From an uncultured Clostridia bacterium (GTDB taxonomy: Bacteria > Bacillota > Clostridia > Christensenellales > CAG-138), in NCBI GenBank assembly GCA_905235205.1, contig CAJOKM010000001.1, forward strand, positions 1 to 63,721: a DNA stretch of 63,721 bases, in the 5' to 3' direction. The notes under the pieces are model-generated. The model was not told the origin of the DNA, did not search any database, and saw only the letters and a program-made list of their open reading frames with translations. Positions 28,399 to 38,499 of this stretch are shown here, piece after piece; the stretch's first letter is position 1; every line of letters begins with the position of its first letter. The position numbers were made by a program, and so were the translations under genes.

Positions 28399-31317
28399 AT
28401 GAAAGGGAAACGAGCAATAGCATGGCTGCTGATCTGTCTGTTGATGAGCACCGTCGGGGGATTCCCTGCATTTACGGCATCGGCGGATGATGTTCCGCTT
28501 ACGGAGGAGCTGCCCGAGGCGCCGCAAACCGCCTACGGCACATATCTGCTGACACACGGCGATCCCGCCGCGCGGACGCCGGATGCGAGCATTACGCTTT
28601 TGCCGCAGGACGTCATGGAAAACGATGCGTTTTTGACCGATTATATGGGACAAAGCGGCGTGCTGATCATGGATGTGCCGGGACAAACGCATTCCTGGCG
28701 CTTTACGGTCACGCAGGCAGGATATTACAATCTTGCCCTGACCTATGCGGGCGTTGCCGCCAAGAATTACGACATCGCGCTCGATGTGCTGATCGACGGA
28801 GCGATTCCGTACGCCAACACGCAGGGCGTAAAGCTGCACCGACAGTTTCTGGATGAAACATACGTCGGAATGAACGATAATGTATTTCGGCAGAACATCA
28901 AGGGCGATGAGATCATGCCCTCGCTGATCGAGCAATATCTTTGGCAGAGACAGCTGCTGTATGATTCCCAGTCGATGTATCCCGCGCCGCTTTTGTACTG
29001 GCTGGACGCGGGCGAGCACACTTTTTCGCTTCGGCTCAAAGAGGAATCATTCGCGCTTGCGTCTGCCGTTTTTTGTCATTCGACGGAAGCGGACAGTTAC
29101 GCGAATGTGCTTGCCGTGCATGCCGGGGCAAAGGACACCAGCAGCGTTCTGAACGTCTATGAGGCGGAGAAGGGCTATCTCAAAAACGACGTTACCCTGT
29201 TTGCGACCTATGACACGGCGTACAGCCATGTAACGCCTGCAAGCGCCGAAAACATCCTGTATAACACGATCGGCAAGAACACATGGAAAAAGATTGGACA
29301 GGAGATCACGTGGGAGATCGAAGCGCCGCAGGACGGATTCTATGAGCTGGCATTCAAGGTCAAGCAGTACGACAAGAGTAACGCATACGTTACTCGCATG
29401 ATCACGATCGACGGCAGCGAAATCTGCCGTGAGGCAAACGCTGTGAAGTTCGTCTATAAAACCGGCTGGTATGTGCAGCGCCTGGCGACCGAAACGGGCG
29501 AGCCGATCAAGGTCTATCTGACCGCGGGGCGGCATGTTCTCGGCATGCGCGCGGTGATGGACGAGGAGCTTGCCGAGATCCTGCGCGGGACCATCCAAAC
29601 AATGGAGCGGCTGCAGGAATGGTATCGCGAGATCATCAAGATCACCGGTTTCAACGCGGACGCGGAACGCATCACCATCGACGCGAACCGTGATTTCCAG
29701 CTTGAAAAGAACGTGCCGGGACTGATTGACGGGCTTCAGCAATGCAAGAATGAGCTTGACGGTTATTATCGCCGCATCGATGAGATCAACGGCATCTCCG
29801 CGTCGAGCGCGTCGATCCTGTCGGAAACCTCCTCGCTTTTAGACAAGCTCATCAAGCGTCCGAAACGCATCGTCCCGCAGATCGAGACGCTCCGGGCAGA
29901 CATTTCGAGCCTTGCGACGTGGGCAATCGATATGCAGACGCAGCCGCTGCAGATGGATAAGTTTTTCCTGCTTTCGCCGGATGTGCCGACGCCCAAAACC
30001 GGCGAGCAGTTTTTCGAACAGTTCGGGTACCGGCTTCGGATGTTTTTCCATTCCTTCTCCGGATCGACGACGTCGGTCGCCGGAACGGTTGAAACCGATG
30101 CGTCCGCAAAAACGATCCGTGTGTGGATCTCCACCGCCGACATTACGACGACCGGCGCGTCCTCCGGCCGCGATCAGGCGATCATTCTAAAGCGGCTCAT
30201 TGACGAATCCTTTACGGCGCAGACGGGAATCAATGTGGAGGTGAGCCTTGTTTCCGGCTCGGATACTCTTGTGCAGGCGGTTCTGGCGGGCGAGGGACCC
30301 GACGTTGCGCTGTTTACCTCCACGGATACGCCGGTCAACCTTGCGATGCGCGGCGCGGTGCTGGATCTGAGCGAGTTTGATGGGTTTTCTGAAATCGTCT
30401 CGCAGTTTACCGAAAGCGCCGTAACGCCATTCTGGTATCGGGGCGGATGCTACGCGTTCCCGGAAACGCAGAATTTCAACGTGCTGTTCTACCGCACCGA
30501 CATCTATCGTGAGCTCGGTCTAAAACCGCCGAAAACATGGCAGGAGTTCTACGAGCAGGTCATCTTCCTTTCCAACAACAACTATATGGTCGGCGTTCCG
30601 CAAAATCAGAACATTTTCGAAACGTTCCTGTATCAGTCCGGCAGCAAGTTCTATACCGACGATTTTTCCGCCTCCACGTTCGACACCGAGCCGGCGCTGA
30701 ACGCGTTCGGAAGCTGGACGGGGCTGTACACAAAATACAGTCTGTCGCTGATTTTTGACTTCTTCAACCGGTTTCGCAGCGGCGAAATGGCGCTGGCGAT
30801 CGAGCCATACAATCAGGTCAATTATCTGTATTCGGCGGCGCCCGAGCTTGACGGGCTTTGGGACATCGCAGAGATCCCCGCGACCGTGCGCGAGGACGGG
30901 ACCAAAAGCGCTGTGGTGACGTGCTCGTCGACCGGATGCATCGCCCTTAAGAACACCGCGTATCCCGAGGAGGCGTATCGTTTTCTGTCATGGTGGGTCA
31001 GCGGGAAGACGCAGGGCGAGTTCGGCGTGCAGGTCGAGCAGACGCTCGGCGTGGCGGCGCGCTACGGGACGGCTAACCTGGAGGCGTTCGAGCGCATCCC
31101 GTGGAATGCCGAGCAGGCGGAGATTATCCGGAAACAGAGAGCTAACACGATTGCGGTCGAGCAGATCCCCGGCAACTACTACATCGCGAGAAACCTTGCG
31201 TTCGCCTTCCGTGCGGTTGTATACAACAAGGCAAACCTAAGGGAAACGCTCTATAGGTATAACATCGAGATCAACAAAGAGCTTGCGCGCAAGCAGAAGG
31301 AATTCGGCTATCGGTAA
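28399..31317 (+). CDS. Large extracellular solute-binding protein (N-terminal carbohydrate-binding-like region + family-1 SBP)
   Basis: Signal peptide MKGKRAIAWLLICLLMSTVGGFPAFTASA. The C-terminal ~450 aa resemble a sugar SBP. Two MalF/MalG-type permeases follow directly. Confidence 0.8.
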   Translation: MKGKRAIAWLLICLLMSTVGGFPAFTASADDVPLTEELPEAPQTAYGTYLLTHGDPAARTPDASITLLPQDVMENDAFLTDYMGQSGVLIMDVPGQTHSWRFTVTQAGYYNLALTYAGVAAKNYDIALDVLIDGAIPYANTQGVKLHRQFLDETYVGMNDNVFRQNIKGDEIMPSLIEQYLWQRQLLYDSQSMYPAPLLYWLDAGEHTFSLRLKEESFALASAVFCHSTEADSYANVLAVHAGAKDTSSVLNVYEAEKGYLKNDVTLFATYDTAYSHVTPASAENILYNTIGKNTWKKIGQEITWEIEAPQDGFYELAFKVKQYDKSNAYVTRMITIDGSEICREANAVKFVYKTGWYVQRLATETGEPIKVYLTAGRHVLGMRAVMDEELAEILRGTIQTMERLQEWYREIIKITGFNADAERITIDANRDFQLEKNVPGLIDGLQQCKNELDGYYRRIDEINGISASSASILSETSSLLDKLIKRPKRIVPQIETLRADISSLATWAIDMQTQPLQMDKFFLLSPDVPTPKTGEQFFEQFGYRLRMFFHSFSGSTTSVAGTVETDASAKTIRVWISTADITTTGASSGRDQAIILKRLIDESFTAQTGINVEVSLVSGSDTLVQAVLAGEGPDVALFTSTDTPVNLAMRGAVLDLSEFDGFSEIVSQFTESAVTPFWYRGGCYAFPETQNFNVLFYRTDIYRELGLKPPKTWQEFYEQVIFLSNNNYMVGVPQNQNIFETFLYQSGSKFYTDDFSASTFDTEPALNAFGSWTGLYTKYSLSLIFDFFNRFRSGEMALAIEPYNQVNYLYSAAPELDGLWDIAEIPATVREDGTKSAVVTCSSTGCIALKNTAYPEEAYRFLSWWVSGKTQGEFGVQVEQTLGVAARYGTANLEAFERIPWNAEQAEIIRKQRANTIAVEQIPGNYYIARNLAFAFRAVVYNKANLRETLYRYNIEINKELARKQKEFGYR

Positions 31318-31326
31318 GGAGGAGTT

Positions 31327-32241
31327 ATGGAAACCGCACCAATCGTACAAAAAACAAAAAAGCGCGGCAAGCTAAAAAAACAGCTCCCGAGCATCCTCTT
31401 TTTATCGCCGTTTACCGTTTTCTTCCTGATGTTCACGATCGTGCCGATCCTTTCGGCAATCGTGCTGAGCTTCACGTATTTCAACATGGTCAGCGTACCG
31501 ACGTTCGTCGGGTTCGACAACTATATCCGGCTGTTCTTCAACGACGATGTATTTTTGACCGCATTGAAGAACACGGCGATCTTCGCGATGATCACGGGAC
31601 CGATCAGCTATGTGCTGTCGTTCTTCGTCGCCTGGCTGATCAACGAATTCAACCACACGGTCCGCACGATCTTGACGCTGATCTTTTATCTGCCGTCGCT
31701 TGCCGGAAATGTGTATTTTGTATGGACGTACATTTTTTCGGGCGACAGCTACGGCTTTTTGAACAGCATTCTTCTGCGGCTCGGCGTAGTGTTCGGGCCG
31801 GTGCAGTGGCTGACCGATACGAAATACATGATGGCGGTCGTCATCGTCGTGATCCTGTGGCTTTCGCTCGGCACAGGATTTCTTTCGTTTGTGGCCGGTC
31901 TACAGTCCCTGAACCGCGAGTTGTATGAGTCCGCGGCGATCGACGGCATTCCGAACCGCTTCGCAGAGCTCTGGTACATCACGCTGCCGCAGATGGGGCC
32001 GCAGCTTCTGTTCGGCGCCGTCATGCAGATTTCCGCGTCGTTTGCGATCGGCTATGAGTGTATGAACCTGACGGGGTTCCCAAGCACGGACTATGCGACG
32101 CAGACGCTGGTACTGCATATTTTGGACTTCGGACAGGTCCGCTTTGAAATGGGCTATGCCTGCGCCATCGCGGTCGTGTTGTTCGGCATCATGCTGCTGA
32201 TGTGGAAGGTCGTCAACAAGGTCCTTTCCAAGTGGCTCTAA
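31327..32241 (+). CDS. Sugar ABC transporter permease (MalF-type)
   Basis: Six hydrophobic segments. EAA loop YESAAIDGIPNRFAELWYITLP. Confidence 0.88.
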   Translation: METAPIVQKTKKRGKLKKQLPSILFLSPFTVFFLMFTIVPILSAIVLSFTYFNMVSVPTFVGFDNYIRLFFNDDVFLTALKNTAIFAMITGPISYVLSFFVAWLINEFNHTVRTILTLIFYLPSLAGNVYFVWTYIFSGDSYGFLNSILLRLGVVFGPVQWLTDTKYMMAVVIVVILWLSLGTGFLSFVAGLQSLNRELYESAAIDGIPNRFAELWYITLPQMGPQLLFGAVMQISASFAIGYECMNLTGFPSTDYATQTLVLHILDFGQVRFEMGYACAIAVVLFGIMLLMWKVVNKVLSKWL

Positions 32242-32254
32242 GGGGGGTGAAGCG

Positions 32255-33145
32255 ATGGGAACAATGGTTCGTAAAACGCCCAAACGGGATAAAAAATACC
32301 GCCGCGTCGTGCTTTCCCGATCGAAGGGCGGCACGGTGCTGATCTTAGCGTTCCTTACGCTGATCGGCGCGTTCATGGTGCTGCCGCTGGTTTATGTGCT
32401 TGTCACCGCCTTCAAGCCGCTGAATGAGATTCTGACCTATCCGCCGAAGTTCTTTGTGCAGCATCCGACGCTGTCCAACTTCCGCGATCTGATCGAGATC
32501 ACACAGGAAACGTGGGTGCCGTTCGAACGCTCGCTGTTCAACTCTCTGATGCTTGCGATCCTCGGAACCTTTGTATACATAATCATCGCGTCGCTGGCGG
32601 CATATCCGCTGGCGAAGAACCGCAGCAAATGGGTCTATGTGTATTACCAGATTGTCGTGCTCGCGATCCTGTTCCGCCCCGAAGTCACGCGGACGCCTCT
32701 GTATATCATCATTTCTCGGCTGGGGCTGATCAACACCTACTGGTCGCTGCTGCTACCCGTGCTCGCGGGCAGCTTCGGCGTGTTCCTGATGCGCCAGTTT
32801 ATGATGACGATCCCGGATGAAATGATCGAAGCGGCGCGCATCGACGGCGCAAATGAGTTCGTGATCTTCTGGAAGTTCATTATGCCGTCGGTCAAGCCCG
32901 CATGGATGACGTTGATGATCTTCACATTCAAGGATCTTTGGAACACAGGCGAATCGCAGTACATCTACGAAGAAACGCTGAAAACGCTGACCGCCGTGAT
33001 GCAGTCCATCTCGTCGGCGGGCATCGCACGCGCAGGCGCAGGCGCGGTCGTCGCGCTGATCATGATGATCCCGCCGGTCGTCGTATTCATCATCTCTCAG
33101 TCATCCGTGATCGAAACGATGGCGACCTCAGGCATCAAGGGATAG
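32255..33145 (+). CDS. Sugar ABC transporter permease (MalG-type)
   Basis: EAA loop IEAARIDGANEFVIFWKFIMP. Multiple TM segments. Confidence 0.88.
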   Translation: MGTMVRKTPKRDKKYRRVVLSRSKGGTVLILAFLTLIGAFMVLPLVYVLVTAFKPLNEILTYPPKFFVQHPTLSNFRDLIEITQETWVPFERSLFNSLMLAILGTFVYIIIASLAAYPLAKNRSKWVYVYYQIVVLAILFRPEVTRTPLYIIISRLGLINTYWSLLLPVLAGSFGVFLMRQFMMTIPDEMIEAARIDGANEFVIFWKFIMPSVKPAWMTLMIFTFKDLWNTGESQYIYEETLKTLTAVMQSISSAGIARAGAGAVVALIMMIPPVVVFIISQSSVIETMATSGIKG

Positions 33146-33156
33146 GGGGCGGCGAT

Positions 33157-34596
33157 ATGAAGAAGCTGAAAACCGTTGCGATCCTGCTCCTTGCCGTTGT
33201 GCTGCTCGTACCTTTGACCGTGCACGCGGAGGATTCCGAAGTGCCGTATCAGACTTATACATACGACAGATGGGGCAACCCGACGCCGACGCCGAACGCC
33301 TATCTGCCGACCCGCAGCATCGGCGGCGCGCAGATCGGCTGCGGAAACTTCAACGCCGCGCAGGACCTATTTTACAGCGAAGCGCGGCATGAGATCTACG
33401 TTGTCGATTCCGGCAATGCGCGCGTGCTGGTGCTGGATGAGAGCTTTGCCCTGCTGCGCGAGCTGACCGGCTTTTCGGGAGCGGACGAGGCGTTCGAGTT
33501 CTCGAACCCGCAGGGGATTTTCGTACAGGACGACGGCAGAATGTTCCTTTGCGACATGGGCAGGCAGCAGGTTGCCGAAGCGGACGCGGAGGGAAATCTA
33601 ATCCGGATTCTGCCGACGCCGGAATCGTCGTTGCTGCCGGACAACTTCAATTACCTGCCGACAAAGGTCGTCGTCGACGCGAACGACCGCATCTATATCC
33701 TTTCGCGCGGGGTCTATCAGGGACTGATTTATCTCGAACCGGACGGCACGTTCATCAAGTTTTTCGGCGCCAACGAGGTCGAGATGACGTTCGGACGACG
33801 CATTCAAAAACTTTGGAAATCGATCCTGTCAGACAAAGCCGCAGCTTCCATGCAGTCGTTCAACCCGATCGAGTACAGCAACATCTTCATGAGCGATGAG
33901 GGCTACATCTTTGCCACCGCTGCAGGCAGCGAAAACGGCGCAAGGGTTCTGACACAGCTGAATCCGCTCGGCATCAACGTGCTGAGCTGGACGGGCGGCA
34001 GCGAAACGCTGCTTTACTCAGACGTCACGGAGCGGGACGGCATCCTCATGCTGCTTGACACCAACGGCGGATATCTGATCCAGACGACCGTACAGTACGA
34101 TAGGGGCATATCGATGCAGATCACCTTCGGCGGCATCGGCGACCAGCTCGGCTTGTTCCGCAAGCCGGTTTCGCTCATGGAGGTCGGTGACAACCTGTAT
34201 GTGCTCGACGCCGAGAAGAACACGATCACCGAGTTTGTGCTGACTGATTTCGGCAGGGAGATCCATTCGGCGATCAAATATTATAATCAGGGACTGTACA
34301 CCGAGAGCATCGAGCCTTGGGAACAGGTCATTCATCACAATACCAACTACCTGCCCGCGTATACGGGCCTCGGCAAGGCGTACTACCAGCTGTACTATTA
34401 CGAAACCGCGATGTACTACTTCAAGCTCGCGGGTGACCGCCAGAACTACTCGCTGGCGTTCAAGGAACACTCGCTCACCGTCATGCGCGAAGCGTTCCCG
34501 TATATCGCAACGGCGATCATCGTTCTGGTGATCGGAGGGCTGATCCTCGCCCGCATCCTGAAAAAAAGAAAGAAGGCGCGCCATGGAAAGAAGTAA
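33157..34596 (+). CDS. Secreted beta-propeller (NHL-like) + TPR-like protein with C-terminal TM anchor
   Basis: Internal ATG at 33157. Signal peptide MKKLKTVAILLLAVVLLVPLTVHA. Repeated blades IYVVDSGNARVLVLD, MFLCDMGRQQVAEAD, IYILSRGVYQGLIYL, LYVLDAEKNTITEF. C-terminus YIATAIIVLVIGGLILARIL-KKRKKARHGKK. Confidence 0.7.
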   Translation: MKKLKTVAILLLAVVLLVPLTVHAEDSEVPYQTYTYDRWGNPTPTPNAYLPTRSIGGAQIGCGNFNAAQDLFYSEARHEIYVVDSGNARVLVLDESFALLRELTGFSGADEAFEFSNPQGIFVQDDGRMFLCDMGRQQVAEADAEGNLIRILPTPESSLLPDNFNYLPTKVVVDANDRIYILSRGVYQGLIYLEPDGTFIKFFGANEVEMTFGRRIQKLWKSILSDKAAASMQSFNPIEYSNIFMSDEGYIFATAAGSENGARVLTQLNPLGINVLSWTGGSETLLYSDVTERDGILMLLDTNGGYLIQTTVQYDRGISMQITFGGIGDQLGLFRKPVSLMEVGDNLYVLDAEKNTITEFVLTDFGREIHSAIKYYNQGLYTESIEPWEQVIHHNTNYLPAYTGLGKAYYQLYYYETAMYYFKLAGDRQNYSLAFKEHSLTVMREAFPYIATAIIVLVIGGLILARILKKRKKARHGKK

Positions 34597-35233
34597 GCTG
34601 TTCCGCAAAGAGGATATCGGCGCGGGGTTCAGACACATCTTTTACACGATGTTCCATCCGTTCAACGGCTTCGACCAGGTCAAATGGGAAGACAAGGGAA
34701 GCGTTGTCGCATGCATCGTGATCCTGCTCGTATTTTTCCTGACCAACGTGTTCGAGCAGGTGCTGACCGGCTTCATCTTCAACACGTTCAATCCGGACAA
34801 GGTTTCCGTTCCGTCGATCTTTCTGATCACGATGGGCGGGTTCGCCATCGTATATATCGCCAACTGGGCGGCAGGCTCGCTGCAGTTCTCGGAGGGCGAG
34901 AACCGGGACGTTTTCATCACGCTCTGCTACACGCTGGTGCCGAGCACCTTCTTCAAACTGGTGCAGATCCTGCTGACGAACTTTGCCAATGCCGAGCTGA
35001 ACGCATTCCTGGTCGCGCTTATGGTGATCGGATATATCTGGAGCGGCATGATCCTCGTTGTGGGGCTGTACTACGTCCACCAGTTCAGCTTCGGTGGGTT
35101 GCTTCTGAACCTGCTGTTGACGGTCATCGGCGTTGCGATCATCCTGTTTCTGCTGCTGCTCGGCTATTCGCTCGTGCAGCAGATCATCACATTCGTCGTC
35201 ACGATCTATAACGAGATCGTGTTCCGACTGTAA
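34583..35233 (+). CDS. Yip1-domain multi-pass membrane protein
   Basis: Five hydrophobic helices. The N-terminus FYTMFHPFNGFDQVKWEDKGS is typical of Yip1-family proteins in such loci (from memory). Confidence 0.65.
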   Translation: MERSKLFRKEDIGAGFRHIFYTMFHPFNGFDQVKWEDKGSVVACIVILLVFFLTNVFEQVLTGFIFNTFNPDKVSVPSIFLITMGGFAIVYIANWAAGSLQFSEGENRDVFITLCYTLVPSTFFKLVQILLTNFANAELNAFLVALMVIGYIWSGMILVVGLYYVHQFSFGGLLLNLLLTVIGVAIILFLLLLGYSLVQQIITFVVTIYNEIVFRL

Positions 35234-35245
35234 GGAGGGATCGGC

Positions 35246-37555
35246 ATGAAACGAATGACAAAACGGTTGCTGCCGCTTCTGCTCCTGTGTGCGCTGCTCC
35301 TTCTTGGGTGCGCCTCGAATCGTCCGCAGATTCCCGCAAGAAGTGTTCATGTGGACGCTACGCAGGGCTTCAGCCCCGCCGAAAAGGAAAACGAGTTCGT
35401 TCCGATCTCCGAGAACGGACGGCTTGCGCTTTCGGCGAATCTGAAGACCGGTGAAGCGGCTGTGACCGATCTCAGAGCCGGTGTGACCTGGTATACGAAT
35501 CCCGTCGACAAGTTCGACGATACGCTTGCGAGCGGGTACCACAAAAATGCGCTGCTCTCTGCGATCACGGTCGTTTATACGACGGCACAGAGCGTGGAAA
35601 TGACATGCGGCGGATACTTGCAGAGCGTCCAGAAGGACGGGCTGTATTATCGCATCGAGCCGGACGGATCGGTTTTGTTTCTCTTTGATTTTCCGAACGA
35701 ACAGTTCCGCGTGCCGATCCGTTACGCGATCGAGAACGATCATTTCAACGCTTCGATCCTCACCGACGGTATCCTCGAATACGGTACGAACAAGATCAAA
35801 TCGATCGAGTTTCTGCCGTACTTCGGCGCAGGCAGCGCCGACGAGGACGGATATCTCTTCGTGCCGGACGGCTGCGGCGCGCTGATCTATTTCAACAACG
35901 AACGCCTGACCGCACGCACCTATTCACAGAGCCTGTACGGGTTCGACAACGGTACGAACGACAAAACGATGGGCGGATTTGCGCTGTCCGGTTACTTCAC
36001 ACTGTCGCAGAACGCGTACATGCCGGTGTTCGGCATTCATAAGGGCGACGACGGATTTCTCGCCGTCGTTTCGGAAGGCGCTGCCCGCGCAACGGTAAAC
36101 GCGAACGTTTCGGGCAAGTACAGCAATTATAATTCGGTCTGGACGACCTATTCCTACCGCACGATCGGCACGGTCCGCCAGACGCAGAAGGACGGAACCG
36201 ATCAGGTCGTTTCGATCGGCGAAAAGAACATCGAAACATACCGTGACTATACCGTTTCGTATTATCCCCTTGAAACCGGTGCATCGGGCTACAGCGAAAT
36301 GGCGGCGCGGTATCGGGACTATCTCATTGCGAACGAAGGACTCGAAGTCCGCACGACAGAAGCGGAGAGCATTCCGCTGTATCTCGACGTATACGGACAT
36401 ATCGAAAGGACCAAGTCCGTTATGGGCATCCCGGTCGACGTGAAAATCACGACCGCTTCCGTGAAGGATGTCGGCAAAATGCTCGACGCGCTTTCGGAGA
36501 AGGGGCTCGAGCGCGTGGTGGTGAAATACAACTACTGGTCGGAAAGCAGCTTTTACCGCAAGGTCCCGACGGGTGCAAAGCCGGACGGCAAGGTCGGCTC
36601 GAAATCCGAACTGCTTGATCTTCAGCAGCGTCTGATCGACGCGGGCGGCGAACTGTACCTCGGAGCGGATCTTCTGAACATCTACCGATCCGGACGCGGC
36701 GTGAACCAGTACCGCGACGCGCTGCAGTCGGTGGCAAACACTGTGCAGCGGCAGTATGTGTTCCGCCTTGATTCGGCAATGGTCGATTCGCGCTACGATC
36801 CGTGGTACCTTCTGAGACTCGGTTCCGTGCAGCGCATTTTCGCGCAGTACGCGCAAAATCTCAGCAAGGCGGGCTTCTCGGGCGCAGCGCTCGATACCGT
36901 GGGCGAAAAGCTCTATTCCGAACTCGGAACAAACGGAACGGGACGCAACCAGGCGCGCGAGATCATGGCAAACGCGGTGCGGACCGCAAAGGACACGGCA
37001 GGAAGCGTGCTGCTGACAGGCGCGAACGAGTATGCGGCAAACTACGCGTCGCATATCCTCGTCACGCCGGCGCGCGCAAGCGGCTACGACCTCGAGGATG
37101 TTTCGATCCCGTTTTATCAGATGGTGTATCACGGATGTGTTTCCTACTCGCTGCGTGCCTCAAACCTGTCCAGCAATCCGAAAAAACTGATGCTGAGCTG
37201 CATCGAATACGGCGCATACCCGATGTTCTCCCTGATCTATGAGAATGCCGACGAGCTGATCGGCTCGCGGCTGAACGGAATCTATTCCGCGGATTTCAAA
37301 AACTGGGAGCAGGACATCTTAATGCAGTATGCTATGATAAACGACGTGCTTGCCCCGGTGCAGACCGCGCATGCGGAGCAGCATGTGATTGTTTCGGACG
37401 ATGTGCGCTGCACGGTATATGACAACAGCGTAATGATCTGGGTCAATTACGGGGAGGAAGCGTATCAGGCGGAGGGTATCACCGTTCCGGCGCTCGGTTT
37501 CACCGCGACACAAAACGGACAGGTTTACGCAAGCGCGCAGCCGATCGGAAACTGA
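35246..37555 (+). CDS. Large lipoprotein of unknown function (DUF5696-like by memory)
   Basis: SD AAGGAGGG. MKRMTKRLLPLLLLCALLLLGCAS lipobox. 769 aa with no catalytic motif recognised. Confidence 0.7.
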   Translation: MKRMTKRLLPLLLLCALLLLGCASNRPQIPARSVHVDATQGFSPAEKENEFVPISENGRLALSANLKTGEAAVTDLRAGVTWYTNPVDKFDDTLASGYHKNALLSAITVVYTTAQSVEMTCGGYLQSVQKDGLYYRIEPDGSVLFLFDFPNEQFRVPIRYAIENDHFNASILTDGILEYGTNKIKSIEFLPYFGAGSADEDGYLFVPDGCGALIYFNNERLTARTYSQSLYGFDNGTNDKTMGGFALSGYFTLSQNAYMPVFGIHKGDDGFLAVVSEGAARATVNANVSGKYSNYNSVWTTYSYRTIGTVRQTQKDGTDQVVSIGEKNIETYRDYTVSYYPLETGASGYSEMAARYRDYLIANEGLEVRTTEAESIPLYLDVYGHIERTKSVMGIPVDVKITTASVKDVGKMLDALSEKGLERVVVKYNYWSESSFYRKVPTGAKPDGKVGSKSELLDLQQRLIDAGGELYLGADLLNIYRSGRGVNQYRDALQSVANTVQRQYVFRLDSAMVDSRYDPWYLLRLGSVQRIFAQYAQNLSKAGFSGAALDTVGEKLYSELGTNGTGRNQAREIMANAVRTAKDTAGSVLLTGANEYAANYASHILVTPARASGYDLEDVSIPFYQMVYHGCVSYSLRASNLSSNPKKLMLSCIEYGAYPMFSLIYENADELIGSRLNGIYSADFKNWEQDILMQYAMINDVLAPVQTAHAEQHVIVSDDVRCTVYDNSVMIWVNYGEEAYQAEGITVPALGFTATQNGQVYASAQPIGN

Positions 37556-37567
37556 CAGGAGGCGGCA

Positions 37568-38485
37568 ATGGCAAAGAAAAGAAAGCAGTATTCGCTAATC
37601 AAAAAACAGAACCGTGCAGGCTGGCTGTTTGTACTGCCGTTTGTGATCGGATTTGTCATCTTCTTTCTGAAACCGATGGTGGAAAGCTTCTGGTATACGT
37701 TCAACGACGTAACGATGGGGCAGAACGGATTGGAAACGAAATTCGTCGGGCTTCAAAATTTCCGTTATCTGCTTTTAGAGGACAGTAACTTTTTGAGAAA
37801 CCTCTGGACGGTCACGGGATCGATGCTCGCGCAGGTCGCGATCTGCACGATTCTGAGCCTGTTCATCGCGATTGTTTTGGTGCAGAATTTCCGCGGACGC
37901 ACGATCTACCGCGCGATCTTCTTCCTGCCGATCATTATGACCAGCGGCGTTGTGTATTCGATGGTCAGCTCGGTCGTCGGCTCATCCGGGCTGTCCGGTA
38001 CCGGCAACGCGTACATCTATTCCTCGACGTCGATGACGACGCTGATGCAGCAGGGCGGACTTCCGACCGCGTTCATCAACATCCTTACACAGATCATCGA
38101 CGCGATCTTCTCGATGGTCGTGAACTGCGGCGTGCCGATCCTGCTGTATATTTCGGGATTGCAGAAGATCCCGCAAAGCGCATATGAGGCGGCGCGCATC
38201 GAAGGCGCAAGCACGTGGGATATCTTCTGGCGCATCACGATTCCGAAAATTTCGCCGATCATCTTCCTGAATGTCGTCTATTGCGTGATCGACGCTTCGA
38301 CCGCGTACGGCAGCACGGCGGGCGGAAACATCATGATGGCGGCGATCCAGCAGATGGGCTTCGGCAAGACGATGAAGTTCGGCATGAGCGCCGCGATGGC
38401 ATGGATGTACTTCCTTGTGATCGCGGTATTCCTCGGACTTGCCTATCTCACGATCGGCAGACGCGCTGCCAAGATCGAGAACTGA
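37568..38485 (+). CDS. Sugar ABC transporter permease (MalF-type), second system
   Basis: EAA loop YEAARIEGASTWDIFWRITIP. Confidence 0.88.
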   Translation: MAKKRKQYSLIKKQNRAGWLFVLPFVIGFVIFFLKPMVESFWYTFNDVTMGQNGLETKFVGLQNFRYLLLEDSNFLRNLWTVTGSMLAQVAICTILSLFIAIVLVQNFRGRTIYRAIFFLPIIMTSGVVYSMVSSVVGSSGLSGTGNAYIYSSTSMTTLMQQGGLPTAFINILTQIIDAIFSMVVNCGVPILLYISGLQKIPQSAYEAARIEGASTWDIFWRITIPKISPIIFLNVVYCVIDASTAYGSTAGGNIMMAAIQQMGFGKTMKFGMSAAMAWMYFLVIAVFLGLAYLTIGRRAAKIEN

Positions 38486-38499
38486 GAGGAGGGAGCCGT

